The notes under the pieces were generated by a model. It was not told where the DNA came from. It saw nothing but the letters and a program-made list of their open reading frames with translations, and searched no databases. A stretch of 61,953 nucleotides of DNA, counting the filler, from Bipalium vagum (lineage: Eukaryota), in NCBI GenBank assembly GCA_037834085.1. It is 3 parts of 3 records of this genome, joined end to end, with 100 filler letters (N's around TTAATTAATTAA, not from the genome) between each part and the next. Parts side by side here need not be neighbours in the genome. Positions count along the whole stretch, not along the records: positions 44,028 to 61,953 come from JBBMKC010046233.1; 2 more parts are not named here. One strand, written 5' to 3'. Shown here one piece after another: positions 47,701-60,707 of this stretch; within the stretch, counting starts at the first letter, position 1, and each line of letters begins with the position of its first letter. A program made the position numbers and the translations under genes.

Positions 47701-49589
47701 TCATTCACGATAACCTCTATTTTTAAATTTTTCTTCAAAGATTGAAGAAATGGGGATCTGAATAATATATTTTTACATGACTTGGAATTAAAATAGAATA
47801 CGAAACAATGCCAAGGATAGCCAACAGCTAATGGTTCCGATATTTTAGTATAGATCGCGGTCATAAAATCAATTGGAACCCACACGAACTCTTTGGAAGT
47901 GTTTCGAAGCTCCTGAAGAGGATCGCAAAAGAGGCCTCAATCTGAATCAGCAAATGAAAGCTTATATCAGCTACATCATTTGCTCGAAGAAGGAAATGGT
48001 CAGTGAAGGAAAGCACTTCGGTGTTGACTTTACTATCCGAAAGTTAACAACTCATTGGTGACTTTTCAAATGCATCATGCTATTCTCTATCTCACTACAG
48101 AAAACTTTTTCTATCCAGATTCATGATCTCAATAAAATTACATGTTTTCAAAAAATTTAAATGCTTTATAACTTTTTTCCTGTAAAAGACACTGAGTTCA
48201 AATTTTATGGGTTTATAGGTTTAAAGACGCCTTATCTCTCAGAAGTAAAATAAATTTCAAATATGGTTTGGTTTCCAATATATAAATATTATTTTGAATA
48301 ATTATAAAAACTAAAACACTGATGCCTTCAAAATCTGTTGTTCAAGGAGTGCTTAGTCTTGGCTTCGTATTTTCTCATAAACTAGCTTCAGCCTCATGCT
48401 TCGTTCGGCATCTCGAAACTTTTCACCATATTTCACTCTGTGAAAGTCAAGCGGCTAAGGGAAAATACCTCTAACGTGCAAGACAAGTATGAAGAATTCT
48501 GATAAAAACATGGGACCAATCATAAAAGAGATAGGTGTCACGCAGGGCCATACTATCGCGAAACCTTAATTAAATAAAATTAATTAATAATATTGTTCTT
48601 AAATAAAAAAGAAAGTCGTTCATTGGTCAATTTGGATTTATTTTTCTATTTTATGAATTAAAAATTCTTTATCATTTTAATATCTATTTTGAATTTTCGA
48701 AACCAATAGTCATTGCACTGAAAAATTTAACGTGTTCATAAACTGCAACTGTGAAAGCTTGTAAACTTTATTTTATTAATCCAAATCCAGACTTAAATTT
48801 TTATATTATTAAACGTTACTCGGAAAATTTTCAAAATTAATATAAAAACTGACTTAAATGACTACGTTTTATGCGTGGATGTGATCCTTCTTAACACCAA
48901 CAGGCTATTTATGTTGTGTTAAAAAAGTATGTTGATCTACAACAATGGTTAGGGACCAAAAGACTTACCCTAACAAGACAAAAGCATAAAAATATATACT
49001 CAAAATAACGTTAATTACATTGCCTTTCTGATCATTGTATTCCGGAACAGAGGATAATGCACACATTTGAGATCTTGTAGAAGCCCGATCAATATGATTG
49101 CAGACTTTATGGCAAAAATGAAAATTGCAGGTTTCATCTTTCGGAATTATCTGTCCTGCCATAATAGCTGAAGTAAACATAATGTTATCATGCTCTAAAA
49201 CAGCTTACAGGATGATGTCTCGTTTTGTACCACAAAATTGATGATCACAAATATCTCTAACAGACATAATTTCTGAAACAAAACATTTCGATATATTATT
49301 GAAAAAATGTTACCAATAATAAAAAATGTCAATTTTTCTTTGCTTATTTTCTTCGCCAAAATTATTTTGACTGTAAAGTTCTATTTTAAATTATCTTTCG
49401 TGTAATATATTCGCATAATTAGCCTTTTTTGTTAAATATTGGTATGGGTTAGGGTTAGGGTAAAAAATAAATTGTAAATCGATAAAAGTGATTTCACTCC
49501 TCAGTCTTTTAATTAAACTTTTCCAGGGCTTTACTCACAAAATTTATTTGTAAAATTGATCCAATTTTCAAACCGTCGTTGGTACTAAA

Positions 49590-50050
49590 GTCCAATCATA
49601 TCCATCATAAAATCCATCATATCTTGATCACCTCTATCCTTCCAAAGAAAAACGAATAAATCAATTGTTTCCGAAATAGGCACATTCGTGAAAAAACTAA
49701 ACGCGTCAAATGATACCATGTGGTCTTTTTCGGAATTTTTCTCCTAATTATTTTTAAAACTACAAAATTCAAAGCTATCTTTCACCTCGCATTTCATTTG
49801 TAATAATGGTTTTACCAATTCGTCAATAAATTTTGCTATTTTGTGTTGGGTACAATTTTTTCATCGATAGAACTGGTCTTGTCGGACGATTATCTTTGTG
49901 TATTTTTGGTAATCTATATTATTTTGCCGGTTGTGACCCGTGACATGTTAATCGACTGGCTATTTCTTTTTATATGATTACCTTTCACTAGTTTTTTCAA
50001 TATTGAATTAACTCTTTGTTCATCTTTGATTGGAGTGGGTATGCTATTGG
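49590..50050 (-). mobile_element. Penelope-like element reverse transcriptase fragment
   Basis: HGSQPAK*YRLPKIHKDNRPTRPVLS (YGLPKIHK..P.RP), HKIAKFIDELVKPL, VKDSFEF, MVSFDAFSFFTNVP (SFDV.SLFTNVP): canonical PLE RT motifs. Confidence 0.85.
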
Positions 50051-51321
50051 ATTTTAAAAAGATTTTTTAGAGAATTAAGTGAGTATCCTGAATTCGTTCT
50101 AACTATTTATTAATCAGAGGGGTTTAAAATTAGCCCATCGATTTCCTTTGGCGTTTTCGGAGGTGTTTCAGTGGGTGATGATGGATAAATTGTTGATTGA
50201 GGGATTGGGTTGATTGCTGGAGGCACTCAATAGATATTGAGAATGGACACATTTTGTGGCATCCGCAATAGACGATTAATGCGGGTTTGTATGGAGCCAA
50301 AATGATGAAAGACCTTTTCAGAATATACACAAGATTATGCGCTGAATGTGGACAATTCTCTTTCTAATGAGAGACATTTACTGCAAGAATTGTTACCAAA
50401 ACTAAATGATGGTCCTAGGATTGGACTGGTTACCTCTTGGGAAGCTTCCACAAAAAGTTGAGGTTAGGGTTAATTCAAATAATAGTTTAAAAATGCGGAA
50501 CTCTACTTCACCATAACCAGACATAGCTTTCCAGATCTGATTTATTTGGCACCAAAATAGGTATAAATGCTTTTCAAGTTTACATGGCAGTTGTTAGTCG
50601 ACGAAAGTATAAAGCCTGGGTAACTTACTAAGCTTCTGACAATTTGACTTACCGTTTTAATTTTTCTAATTTACGATCAATAAAATTCATGTACAGTACT
50701 TTGTTTCACTAAAAGGATCAAAACTATAAAAAAGGGAGCACTGCAACATGACATGTTAATAATTTGTCTTAACAATTGAGTATGAGTTGTTCATTCATTG
50801 ACGTTTCGAGTACAACCATCATTACATCTGATCTCATCCTTTATTCATGGTATGCTCAGTAACATGTACATCAGAAATCCGAAACAGTAAATTTGAATTT
50901 AGTTTAAACCACCACAGTTTTCCGCATAGTTATGTTACAAACCGATCTACGTGACCCATCAAAAGTTAAATAATCTTCTTATAATAATAGCAATGTTGAG
51001 CCATTTTAATTTTAAACTCAAAATTAGCTTTTTTTAACACTGATTTGACAAAAATGTAAGAAAGCAGTTCACCTTTACTGCGCTTCAAACACCTTTGCTT
51101 TAATTCCAATAATGAAAACAAAAATTCACCGGTAACTTATTATATTGAAAAGCATATTATTAATGGACAGTTTTGATTGGATGCACACTGCATACAGAAT
51201 TAAATAAAATTATCTTTTGCCAATGCCATTTCAAAAAATCTTCTCACATACCTGAAGAAAGCACTGAAGTCCATTGTTTCATTTGTCAAAACATTTCGAT
51301 ATAATAAGTTATACTTTTCAA

Positions 51322-51631
51322 TATGAAAAAAGTTAACAAACAAGGAAGGAAATTCCCCTCGAGTTAACCTATGAACAACAAAAACGGAGGATTAGAAATT
51401 TTTCAAAAACTGTTAAGCAATCCAGTTGATCAACTGTCTATGAAACGAATCATCACTTCCGACAAGAAATCAATTTATTTTACTAACTATAGCAGGCAAA
51501 ATCAGTGGCTCGATTCAAATCAACAAGCTCTTATAGTAATAAAAAGTGAACGCTTTGCAAAAAAGATTCTTCTTTACTTTGGTGGAATTATGTATGAATT
51601 TGGAGCAAACAGGACAGATTTTCTTTTATAT
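51322..51631 (+). mobile_element. Mariner transposase fragment truncated by the GC-elevated island
   Basis: KRIITSDKKSIYFTN...QWL...KSERFAKKILL/WWN corresponds to mariner [13 protein letters not shown]...W...K...KK.MLC.WW. Confidence 0.75.
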
Positions 51632-54180
51632 TAAAGCGACCTTAAGGTCGCGTGCAGCCCAAAAATCATATCTATCCTTATTGGTTAGTCTCAACGGAGT
51701 GATTCCGCATTCACAGACTCTCTCTTCTGCGACCGCAACCACCTCCTCCCCCGTCATGGCTACGAGATCTTGCTCAACAGCCCTCAAACAACGAAGGCGA
51801 CCGATGACCTTTTCTCTCTGATAGCAATTAGTCGATAAAAGTCGCTTATTTATGATAATCCTAGCGACGGCAATTTTGAAGTTACGTGGAGCCTTACTGA
51901 TAAAAAAACCCTACAATATGTGCTCCGTGTTGCGCGATCTTAGACGCGAAAAGCATTGCGCGGTGTGATAAACTCTTTTTTGTGAGAGACCTTTTTCGTA
52001 ACTTCAGTTCGTTCTTCGTACTCCCGTTCTTAATTATTTTGACGAATTAGTCTGTAGTGTGTTCTGCGGACAACATTATGGTCTATCTCATCTATATGAC
52101 CTTCGTCTAGCCTTTCTGTCCCTTTCTCAATTCCAACCTTAAACTCATAGGGTTGATTTTTTACCATTTCCGCAGCAGGTCAACCTTCATCTACAATTTG
52201 GACAAGGCTCCGTAAAATTCCGAAATTGAATACTCGTTCGCTTATCTTGGTCCCTGTCCAGACAATCATACTTGATTTAACATTCACACAAGCCGTTACG
52301 GGTAATGCAATGACCTGTCTACTAGCCACCTCCTGTAATTTTTTAACTTTGTTGACAAGATCAGGTTCTGCACCCACATCTTTCAACAATTTAACAACCT
52401 CGGGCAATACAACTTGGAAAGAGTTGTCAGCAATTGTGACATCTCCACTTGCCCGGCAATGTTCAAAACCTCCTTTTCCAGCCACGTCCGTTGAATTTGC
52501 GGTAGCAATCTGTATGTTTGGCGTGCCGTCGCAAGCAATAATATCCCCCGTAAAGATTGTATTCGTTTGAGTGGTAGTAGCAGGGGTTTCAACAATAAGT
52601 TCAGAGTCGTTATCAACGATATACTTCTCTAACCAACGCCTCTCATCTGTGGGTAGCTGCTTCTGATATTGATCTTCTTCTCCTTCATGCATTGTGATAC
52701 GCGCAGTTACTTCTTCAAGATTCTTACCGAAAGTATCACTAAAGCTACAGCATGTTTAGTACGCGGTATTTTTACTTCAGGCTGGCTAGTAATAACTGCT
52801 GGAAGAGAAATCAGGTGCTCATCATTGTGCGCTGCTTTCCTTTGTGGTACATTTCCGACTGCACCCACTTCTTTAATCATTTTCGTTGAGGCGACTTTCG
52901 ACCGAGTATTGTCCGCCACGTTCCCGCCTCGCGCAATACTGGCCCCATAGACGGCTTGATGACGGACTTCCAACATCCCCGGAATGTTGGGAAAATCCCA
53001 TTCAGATGACAAATCACATAATAACGAGACGTCTTTCTCATTAAACCGAATATATTGCCAATTTTCAATTATAGGTGAAATTGACTGTTCCGATCGATAG
53101 TAGAAAAATCGCGAAGTTTTTCGACGCGAAAAATCCATTCCTTTAGGGTATTCTTAATAACACGTAAAACTTTCTGTTTCCACAGAGCCCCATTGCGTGC
53201 AAAAATACCCAATTTCTTGACTAGGTCGCGATCTGTTTTTTCACGCGTACCTGCCACTAGCCGTAATTCGCCAGTTGATGGATAGATGTTTACGTTCTCC
53301 AATCAAAAGATTTAATCCTCGAAAGTAATATTAGAGCCTTGTTTGTCAATAATATAATAACAAAAGGTGAAGATATCCTTGTAGTAGAACGGCTCTGTAA
53401 GAAAAAAACCGTCCGGTAGGTTCCCGTCCTGGATGTCAAATTGTATCTTCGTATTCGTTCGATACTTGTTCACTACCTTCTTAAAAGGTAGATCGAATTG
53501 AAACTTGTGCTGAAGTTCCAGCTCTGTGAGTGAATCACGCATGCTGATGGTTTTGCTGCGTTCGATGATTTCATATTATTTCTCTTCGCTCCACTTATTC
53601 TTATGCTCGCATTCATGGTTGAACTTAAGTGGTAGCATGTCCTTCGTAATATAATGAGTTAAGTCCCCCATTATATTCCAAACTGCGAGCAACTCTCGTC
53701 TTTCCTAGGATGATAAGTTTGTAAATATTTGCCAGAGCGATAAAGTGCAGTTGCTTTGATATCGTAGATACTGGCCTCGCCAACTGCACGCTCCTCAGAC
53801 TCCATAAGTCTAGCCACGTCCGGTGCATACAGGTTCTGTAGTACGGGATTCTCGTATATTTCGAGTAATATAGTATCGATGCGGGATCTAGCTGATCGTA
53901 AGCTAGTTCATAATTAGTAAGGAGAAGATAAAGTCTTTGCGCAACAGGCAAAGCCTCTAGGCCAAGAGGCTCTGAACATGGAGCGGGGGCAGCGATCAAA
54001 TACGCTGGGCTTCCCGAAAAATGTAAATTAATTTCGTTGTAGTTTAAGTTCATAAATAAGAATACGTGCTTGCAATACGTTCCAAGTAACAATCAACTCC
54101 AGGAACGGTACGCCAATTTAACCAATCTAGCGCATGAATATCTGAAGCCGAGTTTACAAGCTAGTACACGGCTGAACTAA
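51632..54180 (-). pseudogene. Intronless decayed ~850-codon reading frame of unknown family; candidate endogenous viral element
   Basis: GC about 40% by eye versus about 25% in the flanks, CpG-rich, no splice structure. The adjacent minus-strand ORFs join into one protein-like frame via about 6 frameshifts and 8 in-frame stops. No host-gene or transposon motif recognised. The viral origin is inference. Confidence 0.6.
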
Positions 54181-54184
54181 AAAG

Positions 54185-54637
54185 AAATGATTGAATTGGA
54201 TTTAGAACCACAAAACCACTTTTGTGATCCAATTTATGTTTAGATAATAATGATTTAGTTGAAGAAATGGAAAATAATGAAGACAAGAATAAAGTGATTA
54301 CAAAATTAAGTTTGCAAACAGTATTGAATTATTTTCATGAATTAAAATCATACGTAGTAAGTTTAGATAATCCTACAAGTGGTGACATTTTGTTCCTAAT
54401 GAATATTGAAAAAGTCAATAATAAGCAAACGTTAAACAACACGCACAAGACAATTATGCATTACCTTCCGAAGGAATGAAAAAATTGTATTATAAATAAA
54501 TATTTGGGGATTTTTAAAGAATTTTGTTATCTCTATTATTGTGTCATATTTTTTGTGCAATCATTTCCCCTCTAATTTTTGCCAAATTAAAATTTTTTCA
54601 AGGTTCCCGATTGCGGTAAATATTACAGGGTAGACTG
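54185..54637 (+). mobile_element. 3' end of a Tigger/pogo element
   Basis: Acidic linker then LSLQTVLNYFHELKSYV...HKTIMHYL (Tigger-like C-terminus); terminal ATATTACAGGGTAGACTG followed by TA. Confidence 0.65.
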
Positions 54638-55949
54638 TATATATAAATTAATAAATTAATTTAAAATATAAAAGCAATTTTTAATAATTTTGAAAAATAT
54701 TAAAATATTTTTGGATGTGTTCATTTTTTTAAAAAGTTCCTAAAAAACATTGACAAAAAATTTTTAAATTCTCTTTTTATTAATTAAAAAACTGAATATG
54801 AATATAAAATTGTGATGTTTTCGTTTCCAAAATATTTATCGATTTTCTTCGAGAAAGAAAAAAGAAGGAATATAGAAATTAATCTTTAAAATTTCGGTTG
54901 ATTGTTTTGTAATAAATCAGAAGGGTCTGAGACGGTTGAAGAAAAGAAAAAGAGCACACCATAAACAAAAGGGAATTCCACAGAAAAAAAAATTATTAAA
55001 TAAAATTTAGAAGTGAAAATTTCCAATGCTCCAAAATAAAATGGTTCAGAACGATTTCCATTATGTTAAAAGATCTCTTTGAGAAGCGTTCTAAATATAA
55101 ACTATCATATTCTGCAAAGACCACAACATCAACCTCTAATTGAAGAGTTGGTATGGGCAATAAATAATAATAATATTAATAAAAAAATGAATAACTCCTT
55201 TCAAAGCTCCTGGTTGCCGTTTATGCCTTCAATGTAAAATAATGTTAACATTAATAAAAGTCCTTTGCATCCTTGAAAGTAAAAGTCGGTTCCATTGATT
55301 CTGTAGTATGATCAAACGTTACCCTTTCAACCTTTAAAAAGTTCGATTTTTGTTCAATAATCATAAATTATTTTCAAGAAGTCTCGTTAAAATTGGCACT
55401 TTTTTAAATAAAATAATTATAAAAGTGAATTCCATTATTTCGTTTGTACAGAGCGTCAGTCGAAGAACGTTTTCAGTTCTCGAGAATTTTTTTTCAAAAT
55501 CGTTTTGAAAAATCTTCCGTCAGGAGCAGTTTTTATGATTCATTCAAACAAACCCAAGGTCAGCCAAAGACAATGAACATTATAATATTTTTCAATAAGC
55601 ATTTGATCTGGTAGAAAATATAAATTAAATCATTTCTCAGTTGAACCATAAATAATTATACTGTGACAAGAAATGCCAATATTCCATTGGTTCATTAATA
55701 AAATTATTTAACATTTTTCAAAAAATATCATTTAATGAAGGAATTTTTATTTTTGCAATTGATAAATTAAAATTTCGTTAATTTGTTCAAAAAATATTAA
55801 AAAGATTATTTTAAAAATAAATTTAGAGAAATATTTAAAAATAAAATAAATTGGCATTTAATAATAATTATAATATTATTATAAAAAACGTTACGCTCTA
55901 TATTTTCACTGATCCCTCGCCGATAGTTACAAACGTGTTCTTACACTAC

Positions 55950-57200
55950 AGACAAAATAACTAAAGCAACCTTTAACAAATGAAACAAATAATCAAAATA
56001 GCCTTTATCACACCACAGAACAGGATCCATTCCCAGTTTGTTTTTGAGGTGTAACCACTCTCCAGCTGGAGTTAATGAGAAAAAGTTTACTTACTTTTTA
56101 GTAACTCGTGGCTGGTACCCCAGATATTTGTCATACGAGTCCCTTATTTGGATAGCTTTTCACTAAAACTAAAACTTTCGTTAATGTCATTATTATTGAT
56201 TGAACTGTCGAAGGGAACTTTAACGTCGAGTACGTAATATTTGTGCTGCTTTTCATTAGTTAATATTCTTGGGAATAAATTTAGGAAGTCTTACCTTTAT
56301 AATGAACCAATGCTTCCCAACGTTGAAGGCTTCGTTAAGGATGTTTAGCATGTTTTTGTATCTGCATCGGACCTCTGGAATTATACTAATGCACTAATAT
56401 AATACGTGTGAGGCAGTCTCCTTTTGTTCTGCGCAATTTTTTGGCGTCTCCTCATTGACTAGTGATTTTTTGTGTTGATTGGTAAGTTGTTTGCACTTAC
56501 GTTTTGGGCAAATATCAGTGATCATCAACATGGTGCTTACCTCAGATTAAGTTACTGTTGCGCTTGGGGTTGAACGATAATTTTGAGAATGGAACCGAGT
56601 TCTGGTACAGAGCTCCAATGTATTTAGTGGTGGTTGACGAGACATGGTTGTATAAATGTGCACAGCTTTTTGATATTGTCTTTGTCGAACATGCTGGTTA
56701 CAAAATGCACCTTCTTAATTTCTGGGTGGTGTATCATATATTTTTAAGATATATCATATTCTCCCAGATATTTGATGGCCACCGTTAGTTTGGTAAAATA
56801 TGATTTTCGTAGTAGGGAGTACCGGCTTGGTTCACGAAATCGACCACTTCTTAGAAAATTTCGTGTTCCAGGTGTGGCATCGTTATTGTCTTAATAGGCA
56901 TTGAATTTTGACATCTTCGGGACACTTTGCACTATTGACTGTGTCTTACATTCATCGAAAGTCTTCATGATTCCATTTTCTGCTCATTAGGCGGAGGATA
57001 TGACTTTCTTTAACACATCATGTAAAGGTTTGTCCTTTACATTCATCATTCTAAAAAATTTTGCCATTTATACTTCATCTTTAATTGCTATTAATCCAAT
57101 TCCAATATTGCCATATAAGGATCCGTTGGTGCGATTGGAGATTGTGAGATTAGGTCTCTTATCTATTTTCGTATGGCTTTTATTGTAAATAAAACGTGTT
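55950..57200 (-). mobile_element. RLE-type non-LTR retrotransposon (NeSL/R2-like) 3' fragment
   Basis: Thumb-like LYGNIGIGLIAIKDEV..AKFFRMMN, zinc-knuckle remnant NCAEQKETASHVLY*C...RCRY (C..C..ET..H...C...RH) and endonuclease motif KYYVLDVKVPFD. Many stops. Confidence 0.7.
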
Positions 57201-59289
57201 GCGAAACCAGTCTCACTACTTTATTTAAAGATCTTGGATTTCAAAATCGAAATGCTTCTTATTAACAAATCCCTTCCGCCAGTGCATAATATTAGTAAAA
57301 TAGGTCACTAAGGGGTGTTGACGGCCTCAGTTTTTTTATCAACTGGAGTACCGAACTAAAAATCGTCAGCACCATCAACGACAACCAGGCTTGTGCCGCT
57401 ACAATAATATCTTGTCTGATGTGTCAACATTATATTCGATATTTGAACAATTTTATCATTTATAAATATCACTTAAGTGAAAAAGGTTCGGTTTATCGAT
57501 CGCACATTTCTCACCGAAAGAAATCCCACAAAAGAGATCGCACATTTATTATTATGTCTATCCCATTAATTTATTACCAAAATTGTTTGTATTGTTGTCA
57601 GCATAAAACTAAAACATAAGATCAGTAACAGCTCTTTCGAAATCTATGGTAAAGTTATCGATCTTATTAATAAATGTCGAAGAGATGGCCAACACCCATG
57701 GAAAGCCATTAAAGCCTATAAAACATTTGCACATCCAAAGTTAATTTTTGTCGTCCTAAATCATAAAACGGCAGTACCATTTGTTAAATGCTTAGAGAGT
57801 GTTCTGTGGGGATGAATATTAATGAGTTATTATTTCCAATGGAAGCAGTTAGAAAGCATTTCTCAATTGATAATTCGTGTTTGCCCAGTTCAATCGAGAA
57901 GATCGGCGCTGTTCTTTAATTCCATCAATGATGTTGATAATAATGGTCAGACTCAGCCCGACGAATAATGATAATAATAATAATACCGACGACATGATGT
58001 ACTTATGCATCCCTATCAATTCCAAACCGATCAAAGACTGTCAAAAAGTTTCAAATTGGGGACCAATAGCTTTCTTAAATGCCAGTTACAATATTTCTTT
58101 TTATAATATTCCTTTGATCAATAGAAATGTTATTATTATTTTTTTTTCATTTTTCAGCTGAGGAAATAAAGTTGGTTTCGTGACTAAAAACATTTTTATT
58201 GAATGTTTTTATCTTTTGCATAAAAAAGTTTATTTCAACGTGTGTCGCTATTGATTAACGATTGATAAATATTATTTTTTCAACAAATATTAATAAAATA
58301 TTAGTTAAAAGTTATTGAAAATCATGATGAAAAGGGAATAATTGAAATAATTCCATATTTCTACACCTTTTTATTGATTTTAGAATTTTTCACTATTTAT
58401 CCTTTTAAGCATTGCTTAACAATTTAATAAAAAATTGTTTTATTTATTAATTATTTAAGGACTAAAATTTATATTGCATGGCCAAAAATGAAATAATAAC
58501 AAATAATAAAAAAAGAAATGGAAATAAAACTTTAATTAAAAGCCATTTTGACAACCACTTCATTTACAGCTCAGTTGTCATTAAAATCATTAAACATTGA
58601 CAAGGGGCATGGACATAAAGCACAGGGCCAGTTTTAATGTATGTCAAAGCACAATGAATTCTGCTTCCCATGATTTCAAGTTCTAAAATATTCTTGGTCA
58701 ACCTTTATTACAACATTTGTCCTCCTTGTCCCGATCATACTTCCTCTGCCTTTCTTCTTTTTTTCAGCTGACAGTGGGATAAAGTGTTGTGTCAAATGAA
58801 ACAACCGTCAACCACAGTTTGTAGAGAGAAGGTTTTCTCAGTTGAAAAATGTTGTCTTCATAAGTGACAGAATGTGATCCTGAAATTTTATTGAACCTTG
58901 GATTCTATTGAATCTTTTCAAAATCTCGTCTTTAAAAGTAAACAGGTAACTTTGTTTACTTTGAAAATTTAGTCTCAGAAGTGCATTTTTTTGGAAAATT
59001 GTTTCGATAAAACAAAATAAAAAATTCTTACTACGGGAAGGTTTCAGCAAAGGATTGCGAATTTTCAAAGGTTATAAAACAAAACAAAGTGATTTTTTAT
59101 ACAACCATCCGTATGGGAAAAAATTCAAAGGTCATTGTCATGTCAGGTTAATTTGGTCTGACAACAGTAAATAATTGCATGCTGATTATTTTAAACATTG
59201 TGTATGATAAGCTCTAATCTAAAGTTAAGCATGGATTGGTCAACGGAATACAAAATTCTGTTAAATAGATAAATTATTTATTTAGCGTT

Positions 59290-59660
59290 TTTGGATCGAA
59301 ACTACACTAAGTGCTATTATGAGTTTGGATCCATAGAAAAAGAGATTCCAGCACCCATCAAAGTAAACTCAAAGCCCACAAAGGAGTCGGAACCGATACA
59401 GCCAAAACAAGAGCTTATGGAGGATGATTCTCCAAAGCTCATAATAGTCACAAAACTAATATTTTCAATTGTGAAATTTTCATGAAAAGACCTTGTTAGA
59501 ATTAAATGTTAAGCTTACAATTAAACGAAATCACCAGATACCCGACTTCTCTAGATACAATCGTTGTTGGTTGCCTTGGCTCATGAGATCAAAAGAACGA
59601 CACAGCACTTAAGAAAATAGGTCTTACTAAAAACCAAATTAATACTTTATCTAATCTATT
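59290..59660 (+). mobile_element. Second RLE-type non-LTR endonuclease fragment
   Basis: DSPKLIIV (PDL-like) and LDTIVVGCLGS*DQKNDTALKKIGL matching the NeSL/R2 C-terminal IVVG.LGSW...ND..L..LG motif. Confidence 0.65.
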
Positions 59661-60299
59661 AATTAAAATCAATCCACCAATCATAATTTATACTTAAACC
59701 ACGTTTACAAGGAAAATGATACTAATTTTGAATCACTGAAAATCTAAAATTTAACGATTATTAGTAATTATTTCTTGTTCCCATGATTTCTTTTATTTGT
59801 AAGTCTTTATTTCGTTCTGTTTTTGTAACCCTATCTCTATAAGAATCTAAGCTTATTATATCTGCAATTCATATTATCTAATATTATACTCTCTGTCTGC
59901 CTGCTCTTTTATTCTTACTTCTTCGCTGCCTTCTCTCATTTAATGATTTTTCAGTGCATTTTAGAAGATAGACGGAGTTGGAAAATCAAGCCGAATACAA
60001 AAAAAACAGGAGGCAGATTGTTCAAGTGCACATCCACCTCGAAAGAGGCTCGTTTTTACTAAATAAATATTTGCTTATACCTTCTTATTCGCATTTCGCT
60101 TTGAGAAAACCTGAGGAATGATCTTGGAAAGACTAGTGCGACTTTTTGTGTTCATTTGTTAGAAGATGTGGTATTCATTTGACTGTTGAATAAATGTTTG
60201 ATATCTTCATGTGGCAAAATATTCAGTACCACAGTCTTGGGAAACGCATATTATATTTCCACTAATGATTTCAAGTATTGATTAAAACAAGAACACCAT

Positions 60300-60420
60300 T
60301 TCATAGTGCAGTCGCCGCAGAAACGATCCAGGAACTAATGACGAAAGAGTTAGATTGCTTAGAGCGAACAATTGTATATATTGATGACATTATGATATTT
60401 TCAGTAAGCTCAGAACCCAG
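60300..60420 (+). mobile_element. Ty3/gypsy reverse transcriptase fragment
   Basis: AAETIQELMTKELDCLERTIVYIDDIMIFS, with YIDD at 60377-60388. Confidence 0.75.
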
Positions 60421-60707
60421 TAAGAGATCTTGGGACTGAAGGTCTGCCTCTATGCTCAATAAATGCCGATCTTAAACTGAGCTAGAAAACGAAACTTTAC
60501 GTACAAAACCGTTTCACTTCAGCGTCGACCTCATACATTTCCGGTTCAAGAAGAGGGTAGTTAAAGAAGTCAATGTTTCGACTTTTTGACTGTGAAATAA
60601 TGAATTGATGGTAAGGCCGAGGCATCGTACCCACAACATGTCCTCCGACCATTATCAAATCTTTGAAACAATTCCTATGGTTCTCCAAAGGTTGAGGAAT
60701 AGGTCTA

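Noticed and set aside
49446-49461. TTAGGG telomeric repeat
   Set aside because: Under three units and internal; too short to support a telomere or telomere-targeted insertion.
50795-50850. Penelope-associated minimal hammerhead ribozyme (minus strand ...CTCGAAACGTC)
   Set aside because: The required CUGANGA core is absent (AGGAUGA) and stem II gives only two pairs; at most a degenerate relic.
51636-51670. Helitron 3' terminus suggested by the palindrome
   Set aside because: No CTRR end about 10-12 nt after the hairpin on either strand, and no Rep/helicase motifs seen.
52226-52950. Plus-strand ORFs 52226-52570 and 52669-52950 as separate or ambisense genes
   Set aside because: Shadow ORFs opposite a coding frame, expected at this GC content.
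51632-54180. Alternative genetic code (TAA/TAG=Gln, TGA=Trp) explaining the stops in the foreign ORF
   Set aside because: All three stop types occur together with about six frameshifts, so neutral decay is the simpler explanation.
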